Assembly: GCA_052327205.1 (NCBI GenBank)
Contig: CM126214.1
Location: 174,778,001-174,842,000, forward strand
Source of the DNA: Somniosus microcephalus
Lineage: Eukaryota
DNA: 64,000 bases
Direction of reading: 5' to 3'
The position numbers and the translations under genes are program-made. Below are positions 28,010 through 40,750 of this stretch, piece after piece. The first letter of the stretch is position 1. Each line of letters opens with the position of its first letter. Below the pieces are notes generated by a model, which had not been told where the DNA came from, did not search any database, and saw nothing but the letters and a program-made list of their open reading frames with translations.

Positions 28010-28985
28010 TATTAGGCTGGGTTGATGTGTGGCTGAAAGGCAGACAGCAAAAATGGTAGTTCATGGGAGATGTCAGAATGGAAACTAGTTGCCATGAAGT
28101 CCCACAGGGGTCAGTGTTGTTTATAATTTTCATAAATTAAATAGAATTACAATAAGTGACTTAGAAGACAGAATATTGTCTTAAATTTGTGGATGACACC
28201 AAACTGAATGGAATGACTCGTGAAGCTAATCAATGTGTGATAATCCAAAGGGATCTAGATCCATAAGCAGAGAGGTGGTAGATGGAGTTCAACATGTATA
28301 AGTGGGAAGTCATGAGATTAGGTGAAAGAAACAAGAATATGGATTACGTAATAACTCTTCTTAAAGTAACCAAGGGGGCTAGGTTATTAAAACGTTGGTT
28401 CAGTGTTTAAAGGTGGTGAAGAAAACAAATAAAATATATAGCTAGAGGTGTGACTTACAAGCAAAAAGAAGTGATATTGAAGTTGTCATAGCTGACCTTG
28501 GTGAGGCCACATCTGAAGTACTGTGTTGAATTTTGATCTCCATATTAAAAGAAAAAGGGAGACTTATTGGAAAGAGTTCAGAGGAAGGTTACAAGGTTGA
28601 TTCCTGAACTCCGAGGCTGAGTTGTGAGGAAAGTTTTGTCTACTGAGATTCTTTACTTTCTGGACAGGAGAATGATGCGAGGAGACTTGATTGAGGGCTT
28701 TCAGGTTTAGATCGAGGGAAGTTCTTCTGTCAAGTGCAGGGTTTAAGGATTATGGGGCACAGTTTTAAGGGGGGCAAAAATAGGAAATTTAGGCAGCCTT
28801 TTTTGTGAGAGGGTGTTTGAAAAGATCATCAGTGGCAGCAGTGGAACAAAAATCCATGGCAGATTATAAAACCGGATTAAATGAATTGTTATTAGGAAAG
28901 GGGGAAGAAAGCCTTAGGTAAGGAAACTGATTGAAGATGTGGAAGGAAGACTAATGATCTCCTCCACCCAAAAGAATGCTATGTT
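28010..28985 (+). mobile_element. Old, degenerate CR1 RT fragment
   Basis: Remnants VPQGSVL (gtcccacaggggtcagtg), KFVDDTKL, LVRPHLKYC and RVQRKVTRLIP, with many indels. Confidence 0.75.
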
Positions 28986-29203
28986 ACTACAGACAGTGCA
29001 GAGGCACCAACACTGATGGTAGATCAAAGGAGAACTCTTACCTCTTGTAGTTTTGGCATATACTACACAACTTGACATTGGTATCAGGCTGGTAGAAACA
29101 GCCTGATGTGAATCTCCTGATATTTTCCAGTAAGCTGAAAAATGCAGTGAAAGTGTCAGGAAGATAACTTAATACCTATCAATGCTTCAACAGAAGTAGA
29201 AAA

Positions 29204-32200
29204 AGAAAGAACAAAATTGCATTAATATAGCACCTTATCATGCCCTCATGATGCATCACATCACTTCACAAGTAAGTAATGACTTTTGAAGTCTAGTTAC
29301 TACTGGTAAGTAGTTAAACACAGTAGACAATTGGTGCACAGCATGGTTCCACAAAAAGCAAAGGGAATACATTTCTCGTTTTGGTGCTGAAGGGGTGAAG
29401 GTTAGCCAGGACATCAGGAGAACTCTCGGCTCTTCTACAAAATGTGCCATGGGATCTTTTATTGCCGCTGGAACAGGTAGACACAGCCTTGGCTTAATAT
29501 TTATCTATAAGACAGCACCGCTGACAATGCAGTTTCAAAGTGATGTGCTCATGTCTTGGAGTAGAGCTTGAACCCATAACCTCCTCACATCTTGGAGTAG
29601 GGATTGAACTGTTAACCTCCTCATGTCTTGAAGTAGGGCTCTAACCCATAACTTCCTCACACCTTGGAGTAGGGCTCGAACCCATAACTTCCTCACACCT
29701 TGGAGTAGGGCTCGAACCCCATAACCTCCTCACGCCTTGGAGTAGGGCTCAAACCCATAACCTCCTCACACCTTGGAGTAGGGCTTGAACCCATAACCTC
29801 CTCACACCTTGGAGTAGGGCTTGAACCCATAACCTCCTCACACCTTGGAGTAGGGCTCGAACCCATAACCTCCTCACACCTTGGAGTAGGGCTCGAACCC
29901 ATAACCTCCTCACACCTTGGAGTAGGGCTCAAACCCATAACCTCCTCACACCTTGGAGTAGAGCTTGAACCCATAACCTCCTCACACCTTGGAGTAGGGA
30001 TTGAACCCATAACCTCCTCACACCTTGGAGTAGGGCTTGAACCCATAACCTCCTCACACCTTGGAGTAGGGCTTGAACCCATAACCTCCTCACACCTTGG
30101 AGTAGGGCTTGAACCCTTAACCTCCTCACACCTTGGAGTAGGGCTTGAACCCATAACCTCCTCACACCTTGGAGTAGGGCTTGAACCCATAACCCCCTCA
30201 CACATTGGAGTAGGGCTCGAACCCATAACCTCCTCACACCTTGGAGTAGGGCTCGAACCCATAACCTCCTCACACCTTGGAGTAGGGCTTGAACCCATAA
30301 CCTCCTCACACCTTGGAGTAGGGCTTGAACCTATAACCTCCTCACACCTTGGAGTAGGGCTTGAACCCTTAACCTCCTCACACCTTGGAGTAGGGCTCGA
30401 ACCCACAACCTCCTCAAACCTTGGAGTAGGGCTCGAACCGATAACCTCCTCACACCTTGGAGTAGGGCTCGAACCCATAATCTCCTCACACCTTGGAGTA
30501 GGGCTCGAACCCATAACCTCCTCACACCTTGGAGTAGGGCTCGAACCCATAACCTCCTCACACCTTGGAGTAGGGCTTGAACCCATAACCTCCTCACACC
30601 TTGGAATAGGGCTTGAACCCATAACCTCCTCACACCTTGGAGTAGGGCTTGAACCGATAAGCTCCTCACACCTTGGAGTAGGGCTTGAACCCATAACCTC
30701 CTCACATCTTGGAGTAGGGCTTGAACCCATAACCTCCTCACGCCTTGGAGTAGGGCTTGAACCCATAACCTCCTCACACCTTGGAGTAGAGCTTGAACCC
30801 ATAACCTCCTCACACCTTGGAGTAGGGCTTGAACCCACAACCTCCTCACACCTTGGAGTAGGGCTCGAACTGTTAACCTCCTCACACCTTGGAGTAGAGC
30901 TTGAACCCATAACCTCCTCACACCTTGGAGTAGGGCTCAAACCCATAACCTCCTCACACCTTGGAGTAGGGCTTGAACCCATAACCTCCTCACACCTTGG
31001 AGTAGGGCTTGAACTGTTAACCTCCTCACACCTTGGAGTAGGGCTCAAACCCATAACCTCCTCACACCTTGGAGTACGGCTTGGACCCTTAACCTCCTCA
31101 CACCTTGGAGTAGGGCTCGAACCCATAACCTCCTCACACCTTGGAGTAGGGCTCAAACCCATAACCTCCTCACACCTTGGAGTAGGGCTTGAACTGTTAA
31201 CCTCCTCACACCTTGGAGTAGGGCTTGAACCCATAACCTCCTCACACCTTGGAGTAGGGCTTGAACCCATAACCTCCTCACACCTTGGAGTAAGGCTTGA
31301 ACTGTTAACCTCCTCACACCTTGGAGTAGGGCTCAAACCCATAACCTCCTCACACCTTGGAGTAGGGCTCGAACCCATAACCTCCTCACACCTTGGAGTA
31401 GGGCTTCAACTCATAACCTCCTCACACCTTGGAGTAGGGCTCGAACCCTTAATCTCCTCACACCTTGGAGTAGGGCTTGAACCCTTAACCTCCTCACACC
31501 TTTGAGTAGGACTTGAACCCATAACCTTCTCACACCTTGGAGTAGGGCTTGAACCCATAACCTCCTCACACCTTCGAGTAGGGCTTGAACCCATAACCTC
31601 CTCACACCTTGGAGTAGGGATCGAACCCATAACCTCCACACACGTTGGAGTAGGGCTCAAACCCATAACCTCCTCACACCTTGGAGTGGGGCTTGAACCC
31701 TTAGCCTCCTCACACCTTGGAGTAGGGCTTGAACCCATAACCTCCTCACATCTTGGAGTAGGGCTTGAACCCATAACCTCCTCACACCTTGGAGTAGGGC
31801 TTGAACCCATAACCTCCTCACACCTTGGAGTAGGGCTTGAACCCATAACCTCCTCACACCTTGGAGTAGGGCTCAAACCCATAAACTCCTCACACCTTGG
31901 AGTAGGGCTTGAACCCATAACCTCCTCACACCTTCGAGTAGGGCTTGAACCCATAACCTCCTCACACCTTGGAGTAGGGCTTGAACCCATAAGCTCCTCA
32001 CACCTTGGAGTAGGGCTTGAACCCATAACCTCCTCACATCTTGGAGTAGGGCTTGAACCCATAACCTCCTCACACCTTGGAGTAGGGCTTGAACCCATAA
32101 CCTCCTCACACCTTGGAGTAGGGCTTGAACCCATAACCTCCTCACATCTTGGAGTAGGGCTTGAACCCATAACCTCCTCACACCTTGGAGTAGGGCTTGA

Positions 32201-35200
32201 ACCCATAACCTCCTCACACCTTGGAGTAGGGCTTGAACCCATAACCTCCTCACACCTTGGAGTAGGGCTTGAACCCATAACCTCCTCACACCTTGGAGTA
32301 GGGCTTGAACCCATAACCTTCTCACACCTTGGAGTAGGGCTTGAACCCATAACCTCCTCACACCTTGGAGTAGGGCTCGAACCCATAACCTCCTCACACG
32401 TTGGAGTAGGGCTCAAACCCATAACCTCCTCACACCTTGGAGTAGGGCTTGAACCCATAACCTCCTCACACCTTGAAGTAGGGCTTGAACTGTTAACCTC
32501 CTCACACCTTGGAGTAGGGCTCAAACCCATAGCCTCCTCACACCTTGGAGTAGGGCTCAAACCCATAACCTCCTCACACCTTGGAGTAGGGCTTGAACCC
32601 ATAACCTCCTCACACCTTGGAGTACGGCTTGAACCCTTAACCTCCTCACACCTTGGAGTAGGGCTCGAACCCATAACCTCCTCACACCTTGGAGTAGGGC
32701 TCGAACCCATAACCTCCTCACACCTTGGAGTAGGGCTTGAACTGTTAACCTCCTCACACCTTGGAGTAGGGCTCGAACCCATAACCTCCTCACACCTTGG
32801 AGTAGGGCTCAAACCCATAACCTCCTCGCACCTTGGAGTAGGGCTTGAACTGTTAACCTCCTCACACCTTGGAGTAGGGCTCAAACCCATAACCTCCTCA
32901 CACCTTGGAGTAGGGCTTGAACCCATAACCTCCTCACACCTTGGAGTAGGGCTTGAACCCATAACCTCCTCACACCTTCGAGTCGGGCTTGAACCCATAA
33001 CCTCCTCACACCTTGGAGTAGGGATCGAACCCATAACCTCCTCACACCTTGGAGTAGGGCTTGAACTGTTAACCTCCTCACACCTTGGAGTAGGGCTTGA
33101 ACCCATAACCTCCTCACACCTTGGAGTAGGGCTTGAACCCATAACCTCCTCACACCTTGGAGTAAGGCTTGAACTGTTAACCTCCTCACACCTTGGAGTA
33201 GAGCTCAAACCCATAACCTCCTCACACCTTGGAGTAGGGCTCGAACCCATAACCTCCTCACACCTTGGAGTAGGGCTTCAACTCATAACCTCCTCACACC
33301 TTGGAGTAGGGCTCGAACCCTTAACCTCCTCACACCTTGGAGTAGGGCTTGAACCCTTAACCTCCTCACACCTTTGAGTAGGACTTGAACCCATAACCTT
33401 CTCACACCTTGGAGTAGGGCTTGAACCCATAACCTCCTCACACCTTCGAGTAGGGCTTGAACCCATAACCTCCTCACACCTTGGAGTAGGGATCGAACCC
33501 ATAACCTCCACACACGTTGGAGTAGGGCTCAAACCCATAACCTCCTCACACCTTGGAGTGGGGCTTGAACCCTTAGCCTCCTCACACCTTGGAGTAGGGC
33601 TTGAACCCATAACCTCCTCACATCTTGGAGTAGGGCTTGAACCCATAACCTCCTCACACCTTGGAGTAGGGCTTGAACCCATAACCTCCTCACACCTTGG
33701 AGTAGGGCTTGAACCCATAACCTCCTCACACCTTGGAGTAGGGCTCAAACCCATAACCTCCTCACACCTTGGAGTAGGGCTTGAACCCATAACCTCCTCA
33801 CACCTTCGAGTAGGGCTTGAACCCATAACCTCCTCACACCTTGGAGTAGGGCTTGAACCCATAAGCTCCTCACACCTTGGAGTAGGGCTTGAACCCATAA
33901 CCTCCTCACATCTTGGAGTAGGGCTTGAACCCATAACCTCCTCACACCTTGGAGTAGGGCTTGAACCCATAACCTCCTCACACCTTGGAGTAGGGCTTGA
34001 ACCCATAACCTCCTCACACCTTGGAGTAGGGCTTGAACCCATAACCTCCTCACACCTTGGAGTAGGGCTTGAACCCATAACCTCCTCACACCTTGGAGTA
34101 GGGCTTGAACCCATAACCTCCTCACACCTTGGAGTAGGACTCGAACCCATAACCTCCTCACACGTTGGAGTAGGGCTCAAACCCATAACCTCCTCACACC
34201 TTGGAGTAGGGCTTGAACCCATAACCTCCTCACACCTTGAAGTAGGGCTTGAACTGTTAACCTCCTCACACCTTGGAGTAGGGCTCAAACCCATAGCCTC
34301 CTCACACCTTGGAGTAGGGCTCAAACCCATAACCTCCTCACAGCTTGGAGTAGGGCTTGAACCCATAACCTCCTCACACCTTGGAGTACGGCTTGAACCC
34401 TTAACCTCCTCACACCTTGGAGTAGGGCTCGAACCCATAACCTCCTCACACCTTGGAGTAGGGCTCGAACCCATAACCTCCTCACACCTTGGAGTAGGGC
34501 TTGAACTGTTAACCTCCTCACACCTTGGAGTAGGGCTTGAACCCATAACCTCCTCACACCTTGGAGTAGGGCTTGAACCCATAACCTCCTCACACCTTGG
34601 AGTAGGGCTCAAACCCATAACCTCCTCACACCTTGGAGTAGGGCTCGAACCCATAACCTCCTCACACCTTGGAGTAGGGCTTGAACCCATAACCTCCTCA
34701 CACCTTGGAGTAGGGCTCGAACCCTTAACCTCCTCACACCTTGGAGTAGGGCTTGAACCTTTAACTTCCTCACACCTTTGAGTAGGACTTGAACCCATAA
34801 CCTCCTCACACCTTGGAGTAGGGCTTGAACCCATAACCTCCTCACACCTTCGAGTCGGGCTTGAACCCATAACCTCCTCACACCTTGGAGTAGGGATCGA
34901 ACCCATAACCTCCTCACACGTTGGAGTAGGGCTCAAACCCATAACCTCCTCACACCTTGAAGTGGGGCTTGAACCCTTAGCCTCCTCACACCTTGGAGTA
35001 GGGTTTGAACCCATAACCTCCTCACATCTTGGAGTAGGGCTTGAACCCATAACCTCCTCACACCTTGGAGTCGGGCTTGAACCCATAACCTCCTCACACC
35101 TTGGAGTAGGGCTGGAACCCATAACCTCCTCACACCTTGGAGTAGGGCTCGAACCCATAACCTCCTCACACCTTGGAGTGGGGCTTGAACCCATAACCTC

Positions 35201-35386
35201 CTCACACCTTCGAGTAGGGCTTGAACCCATAACCTCCTCACACCTTGGAGTAGGGCTCGAACCCTTAACCTCCTCACACCTTGGAGTAGGGCTTGAACCC
35301 ATAACCTCCTCACACCTTGGAGTAGGGCTATGAACCCATAACCTCCTGACTCAGAGATGAGAATGCTACCACCGAGCCAAACTGAC
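29204..35386 (-). mobile_element. tRNA-derived Deu-domain SINE (SacSINE1-like) containing the internal 36-bp array
   Basis: Minus-strand head gtcagtttTGGCTCGGTGGtagcattctcatctctgagtcaggaggttatgGGTTC at 35386-35330. Deu core (aaagatcccatggcac, rc at ~29444-29460) and L2-like tail (gtgctatattaatgc, rc at ~29218) lie left of the array. Confidence 0.85.
29550..35347. repeat. 36-bp tandem array, ~160 copies, unit CCTCCTCACACCTTGGAGTAGGGCTTGAACCCATAA
   Basis: Directly visible. About 5.8 kb / 36 bp. Recurrent variants (ctcga, ctcaa, ctgtt, ccctt). Confidence 0.99.
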
Positions 35387-36527
35387 TGAAGTCTGTAACT
35401 CAGTTCCCTAAGAGATCACATTCACTTCAGATTATCCAGAGCACGTCTTTGCGATTGAAAGTTTAAATGGGCTTTAATGTAGATTTAAAGCATGTGTTTT
35501 TTTTTGGAGGTGCCAAGTTCTTCTATGTGTGTCAGAGGATATACGGTATTATGTAATCTCACCTTAGTTTATTTTGATTTTTAATATGCATCCTTATTAT
35601 GAAAACAGAATACAGAAAATATATCCTCCATTCTCTGAGTCTGATCTTGAAAACAGAACACTTCAATATATAATTCTTAAAGTAGATTAATATTAAGTAT
35701 TAAGAAATGTTACATTCAAAGTAAAATCACTGAACACTAACAGTAGAAAATAGAAAATCAGCCATTAATTCCAACAAATTGTCCAAACATTGACCCATCT
35801 CATACATACATGTTCCTGTTTGCAAACCTTGCTCAAGTTGTATTGAAAATGAATGTATATTGGTTAGATCTGCCAATATTATTTATGTATAATTGTGTAA
35901 TTGTTCCACAAAAAATGATACAAAATTGTAATGAACAGAACCTCAAAACTTTGTTACATCAATACACCAGTAACCATAGAAGTAGCTTCCTGTAAATATC
36001 AGAAGGGTTATCACAGATTGACATGGTGCAAGGAGCGCTATGACAGTTACTGAACCCTGATACATTTGAAAGGGTATTGGGAACAGGTATAGCTGAAAGA
36101 AATGAGCCCCAACTGTACCCACTGTTAACCATAGATGTTCATAATCAGTATCTAGATAACATTTCCAGCACTCTTAATATATTAATATGCCTCAGAATGT
36201 GAGTAACATATATTGAAAATTTAATCTTTTTTTAAATTGTAAAGACAGTTTACATCTACCAGTTCCATAGGGAGATTTTTGTTGCTCATCTGTGTTGATC
36301 TGAACCTTAATAGGTGTGAAAATCCAAGCATCTCCAGGGCACAAAACAGAACAATCAACGAGTGACCATTTGGAGCGGGTTCCACTGAACCTAAAACAAA
36401 ACCACAACATATTTGGTTTTAATCTTGATTCAATGTCGTACTTGGTGCAGCATGCAAAGTAATATCCAATAATTTGTTTTATATATAGGATTGGAGTCAC
36501 AGTTTGTATTGTGTTTTTATCTGGCAG

Positions 36528-36615
36528 GTACCACGCCCACTGGCCATGAAGAAAGAAAGTATCCAGACAAGAAAAAGGAAACCTAAGAATGTTAACAAAT
36601 CCAAAGGTTCCTCAG
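36528..36615 (+). CDS. GATA5: GATA5 exon, basic/NLS region
   Basis: Acceptor ctggcag. Translates [29 protein letters not shown](G). KESIQ distinguishes GATA5 from GATA4/6 (KEGIQ). Donor GTTCGT at 36616. Confidence 0.95.
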
Positions 36616-37869
36616 GTTCGTGGATTACTCGTGCTCTTATTTTTATTAATCCAGTTATTTGCATCCACTCTTTTTTAGGTTTCCCTGTGCTATCCATCCA
36701 GTCTATTACCAAGAAGAAGGTCAGATGGCCAATACCAAGCCAATGGTGCTGGCCAGTAGGAGCAGTGTACTGGGGAAGTGTCTTGCTTTCTCTAGACATG
36801 TAAGAGGTTATAGGCACAAAAACTGTGTCTTCTCACTGTCTGGTACCGTGTGTTGGTGCAGAACGCACTGTACCACCACACTGCGGCATGGTTCTCTCCC
36901 GGTAGAATAACATTGTGCCACAACATTTTCTCAGAATGATGCCTCTGTCCAAGTGTTCTGCCATATTTACCCCTCTCCAAAAGTAATTGTTCTTAATGGT
37001 CTTGAATTCCCCATTCCTCTTGCGTTACCAGTCTGCTTTCTATTTGATTAAATATGTAATAATACATATGTACTAAAGGAATCTCATGCTTCCACATTAA
37101 TGCTGCCTCTGACCTCAAATGTGTGCAAAGCAGCCAGCAGCATACTTCCCCCTAAGCCTCCCATCATTTGCCTGGATCACTCAAAAGAGTCTGAGATACA
37201 GTGGAAATAATGTGTAGCCAGTCAGACATTTGTTAATGTTGAAAAGAGTGAAGAATGGGAACTTATGGTGACCGAAGAAAGAAAGAACATTTAAGCATTT
37301 AAGAAGGTGTTGGAGTGCATAGTATCTTTTTAAGGTGAAGAATGAAATAAAACATGCAGAAAGGGGTTGGGTTCAAACATACCTCAAGAAAATCCAATCT
37401 TATAACTTATCAAACCAAGGATGGATATTTTCATATCTTTTTTAATATAAGAAGGATACTCCCAAACAACTTAGAGAAAGCAGATCTTTTCTAAAACCCA
37501 CTAGCAATTGATTTTTTTTGATAGGCCCTATGATCTAAACACTATTGCTACCATGCCTCCAGCTATAATTAATATTGCTGCAACTTCGCTGGGGTAAATT
37601 TTGAGAGCTTGGATTTGATAACGGGTGAATACCTAATCCGTGTACATGGAAACATGTAAAAAGTTTTTTTCTTGCTTGAGATGACGGGATTGTTTAATAC
37701 TATAGTAGCCCGTCACTATATGCAATCAGTTTAGAAATCTCACTAACGATAGTGCCAAGATTGTCTTGTGACTGCTTCAGGGAACATTTTACTGTTGTGT
37801 ATTTCAGTCGGGTACAAAACAATATTCGTCCCTGCTCCTAATTAATTGTTATGTTGCCAGATTGATTTA

Positions 37870-38190
37870 GTTGCTAGCACTTGTGCCTTCTTGAATCAGA
37901 ACGTTGTGGATTTAAGCCCCAGTTGAGCGCATAATCTATGCTGAGAAATCCGTGCAATATCGAAGGGAGTGCTGAATTGTTGGCGTTACTCTCTTCCATG
38001 GTACTATTTGAATAAGAACAGGGTTTTTTTTTTGCTGATGTCCTGCCCAAGATTCCTGCTTCAACCAACGCCACCAAAACAACTAGTTAATCATTCATCT
38101 CATTTGCTGTTTGTCAGGTCTTGCTATATGCAAAATTGGCTGCCAATGTGCACTTCAGAAATAATTCATTGGATGGGAAGAGCTTTTCCA
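37870..38190 (+). mobile_element. Degenerate Deu-SINE with tRNA-like head
   Basis: tagcacttgtgcctt..gaatcagaacgttgtggatttaagcccc..gagcgcataatc..gggagtgctg..caaaattggctgcc. Confidence 0.6.
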
Positions 38191-38422
38191 CAATGGATAA
38201 GAAAATTCGACGCAGTGTAAAATGGACCGCCGATTCGCTAACAGCCCATTTTGCGCGACAGGCTTTGACCAATTTGATCCCCCGATAATTTGCTGCAGAA
38301 ATGCCAGTTCTTTCTACATTAATTGAAATAAGATTTCAAGAATCAACTGAGGCTTAATTATCTTTGTTATAGTTCATACTGCTAATAAGCTGAATTAATT
38401 ACCAAATTCTGTTTTCTTTAAG

Positions 38423-38547
38423 GCACAACTTCGGGAACCAACTCCCCATCTTCTATATCGAACTCTGAAAATGCATCAACTATTAAAACTGAATCTGATC
38501 TGGCCTCCTCTCCATATGCAGGTCAAACAGTAGTGTCCGTTTCTCAG
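38423..38547 (+). CDS. GATA5: GATA5 exon, Ser/Thr-rich C-terminal region
   Basis: Acceptor ttttctttaag, phase compatible with the previous exon. Translates TTSGTNSPSSISNSENASTIKTESDLASSPYAGQTVVSVSQ. Donor CAG|GTAAAG at 38548. Confidence 0.88.
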
Positions 38548-38903
38548 GTAAAGTAACGAGGAATTGTAACGTCCTTTTGTATTTAATCTAATCAAACATA
38601 ACCTGAGAATTGATTATTTAGAAGTTGGAGTAAAATAAGCAATTAACTGATTCTTTATACATGATAATTGAACAATTCTTAAAGTAATTATTGAATTTAG
38701 TTTCATTTATGGATTTAATACATATAAAAAAACAAAATATGAAAACATGATTGCAGAACAGCAATTTTACAGTTATATAATAAACAACATATTTATTTAA
38801 AAATGCAACAAACACACTTTAGTTGGAAAGGGATAAGTGTAAATATTGTACATAATTTCTTGCGTTACTATTGGAATAAGTTTAGTGATTCTTATTTCTG
38901 TAG

Positions 38904-39068
38904 GCTCCACCCACAGCAATGATAAGCCGAGAAGACTTGAACCCTGGTCCTTCACAGTTGAAATACGTAACTGAAGATTATTCTTATACCTCAGCCAGTG
39001 TGATCCCACAGACTGGAGTTAATGTTCCACTCAGACAAGACTCTTGGTGTGCCTTGGCACTGGCATAA
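38904..39068 (+). CDS. GATA5: GATA5 last coding exon
   Basis: Acceptor tttctgtag. Translates APPTAMISREDLNPG...LRQDSWCALALA*, the conserved GATA5/6 C-terminus. The summed CDS is 1200 nt = 399 aa + stop. Confidence 0.93.
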   Translation, partial: APPTAMISREDLNPGPSQLKYVTEDYSYTSASVIPQTGVNVPLRQDSWCALALA

Positions 39069-40750
39069 AGTATGGTCTTTCTTGCAGCTAATGGTCCAAC
39101 TTTTCTACTTTATCATTGAGTGGACAACCCAGATACCCTAAGGAGTTGAAAGAAATAACTTGAACCCACATATTTGTATTGCGTATTCCTAATTGGTGAA
39201 ATGCCGCAAAAAAACTCACATATCTGATCGTCCCAGCATTTTCTGCAAACACTCTTGATTCCGGATCTGGGTACAAGCTTTATTTGTGAATCAGTAAATT
39301 TCAACATCCCTGGCAACAAGCGATCAAGTGAAACGTATGCTGTTCATCTCAAAAGTATGAATGAAATCAAAACCATTCTTTCAAAGTGACTTCTTGTAAA
39401 CGATTTGTGAGTGCAATTAATTTCATTAGATCAGTAATAACGACTGATCCTGTTAGGCTGAATAACTTAATAATTTAAAGGGAAAGTGTGAACAGAAATT
39501 ATTGTATGTTATGTTGAAATATTGGACTTTCGATGGACCGATATTTCACTTCTGCTTTGAATATTTTAATGTTATACTAAGAATGCAGTCAGTTCCTTTT
39601 TTGTTATAGAACTTTTAAAATATTTTGCCTTTTTAAAAACAGATGAATCAATTCATCTATAATCTATAAATATATATTAAAAAAAATCAAGGCTTCCAAT
39701 CTGTACACAGGAATATACATAGATTGTTAAAGGGAAAAAAAGGATTGAGCAGCATTTGTCATGTATTACATTGTAGAAAGGTTATTTTAATAATGCTAAT
39801 GTTTTGCATATCCAAAAGAATACAGATGAGCTGTATTTACCTTTGAGACACTATTTTAAAATGTGTTATGAATAAAAGTATAACTATGACACAGTTTTCA
39901 GCAATTATTATGTAAGAGATAAACTATGAAACAAACTAGATCACCGGGTGTTTACTATGGATTTATGAACCTGCAAGTTGAGCTTTCTTGAGGTGCAATG
40001 GAGAAATCATTCTGTAAACCATAGACAATATCTCTTAAGTACACAAGATACCTCAAAAGAAATTAAGATAGTTATTCTCCATTATTGATCATTTGTATAA
40101 AAATCGCTTAATTATGTGATTCATGCCTAATGGTTTATTCTGAATATTTATTAGCCAAATGAAAATTGTACAAACCAAAGTTGCCATTAAATCAATGGCA
40201 AATATTACATAATCAGCTTGTGTAACTGGTGCTAATAAAAGAAAATGCTGTAGAAATCAGAGGAATTGTTGTCCCAGCAGTTTGGTAGAAATATTGAACT
40301 GTGGAAAGAACTCTGTATCAACCTAAAATTACATGATGGCAAAGCAATTGAGTTTAAATATGTGTTCTCTTGGGTTACAGATGATGAATGATATGGCAAA
40401 TGTATTTTTTAATTATGCAAAATATGGTGCCTAATTGCGATATACCATAACGAATTTCAACCATATGATAAACTGTAACTGCAAAGAACTAAAAAGAGAT
40501 GATTAGTTTTAGAAAATACATTAGCTGATGAAGTGATTCGAACGTCACAATATGACTCCTGTTATTGATCTTCAATTTACTGACTGTATCACACATTTTT
40601 ATACATTTTATCTAAGTAGAGTATTGTGCACATTTCAAAAGTCTAATTAGTTTATGATTGATATGGACAAGGAAATGATTACTTTCAGTACTTTTGCTGT
40701 CAAATGTTTCATCCTTATAAGGTTGACAATAAATACAGATAATTTACTGA
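39069..40750 (+). other. GATA5: GATA5 3'UTR (end uncertain)
   Basis: AT-rich, apparently repeat-free stretch after the stop. AATAAA candidates at 39871, 40234 and 40728. Confidence 0.55.

Noticed and set aside
29693-35333. Long ORFs (up to 674 aa) of repeating MGSSPTPRCEEV / GVGLEPITSSHL / VRRLWVQALLQG
   Set aside because: They are a by-product of a 36-bp (12-codon) unit lacking stops in several frames on both strands. The sequence is intronic and SINE-derived, with no unique N- or C-terminus.
29550-35347. CRISPR array (36-bp repeat length)
   Set aside because: Units are head-to-tail with no unique spacers, there are no cas genes, and the context is a vertebrate intron.
35320-35386. Functional tRNA gene
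   Set aside because: The tRNA-like boxes run into a SINE body and no convincing acceptor stem is present. This is a SINE head.
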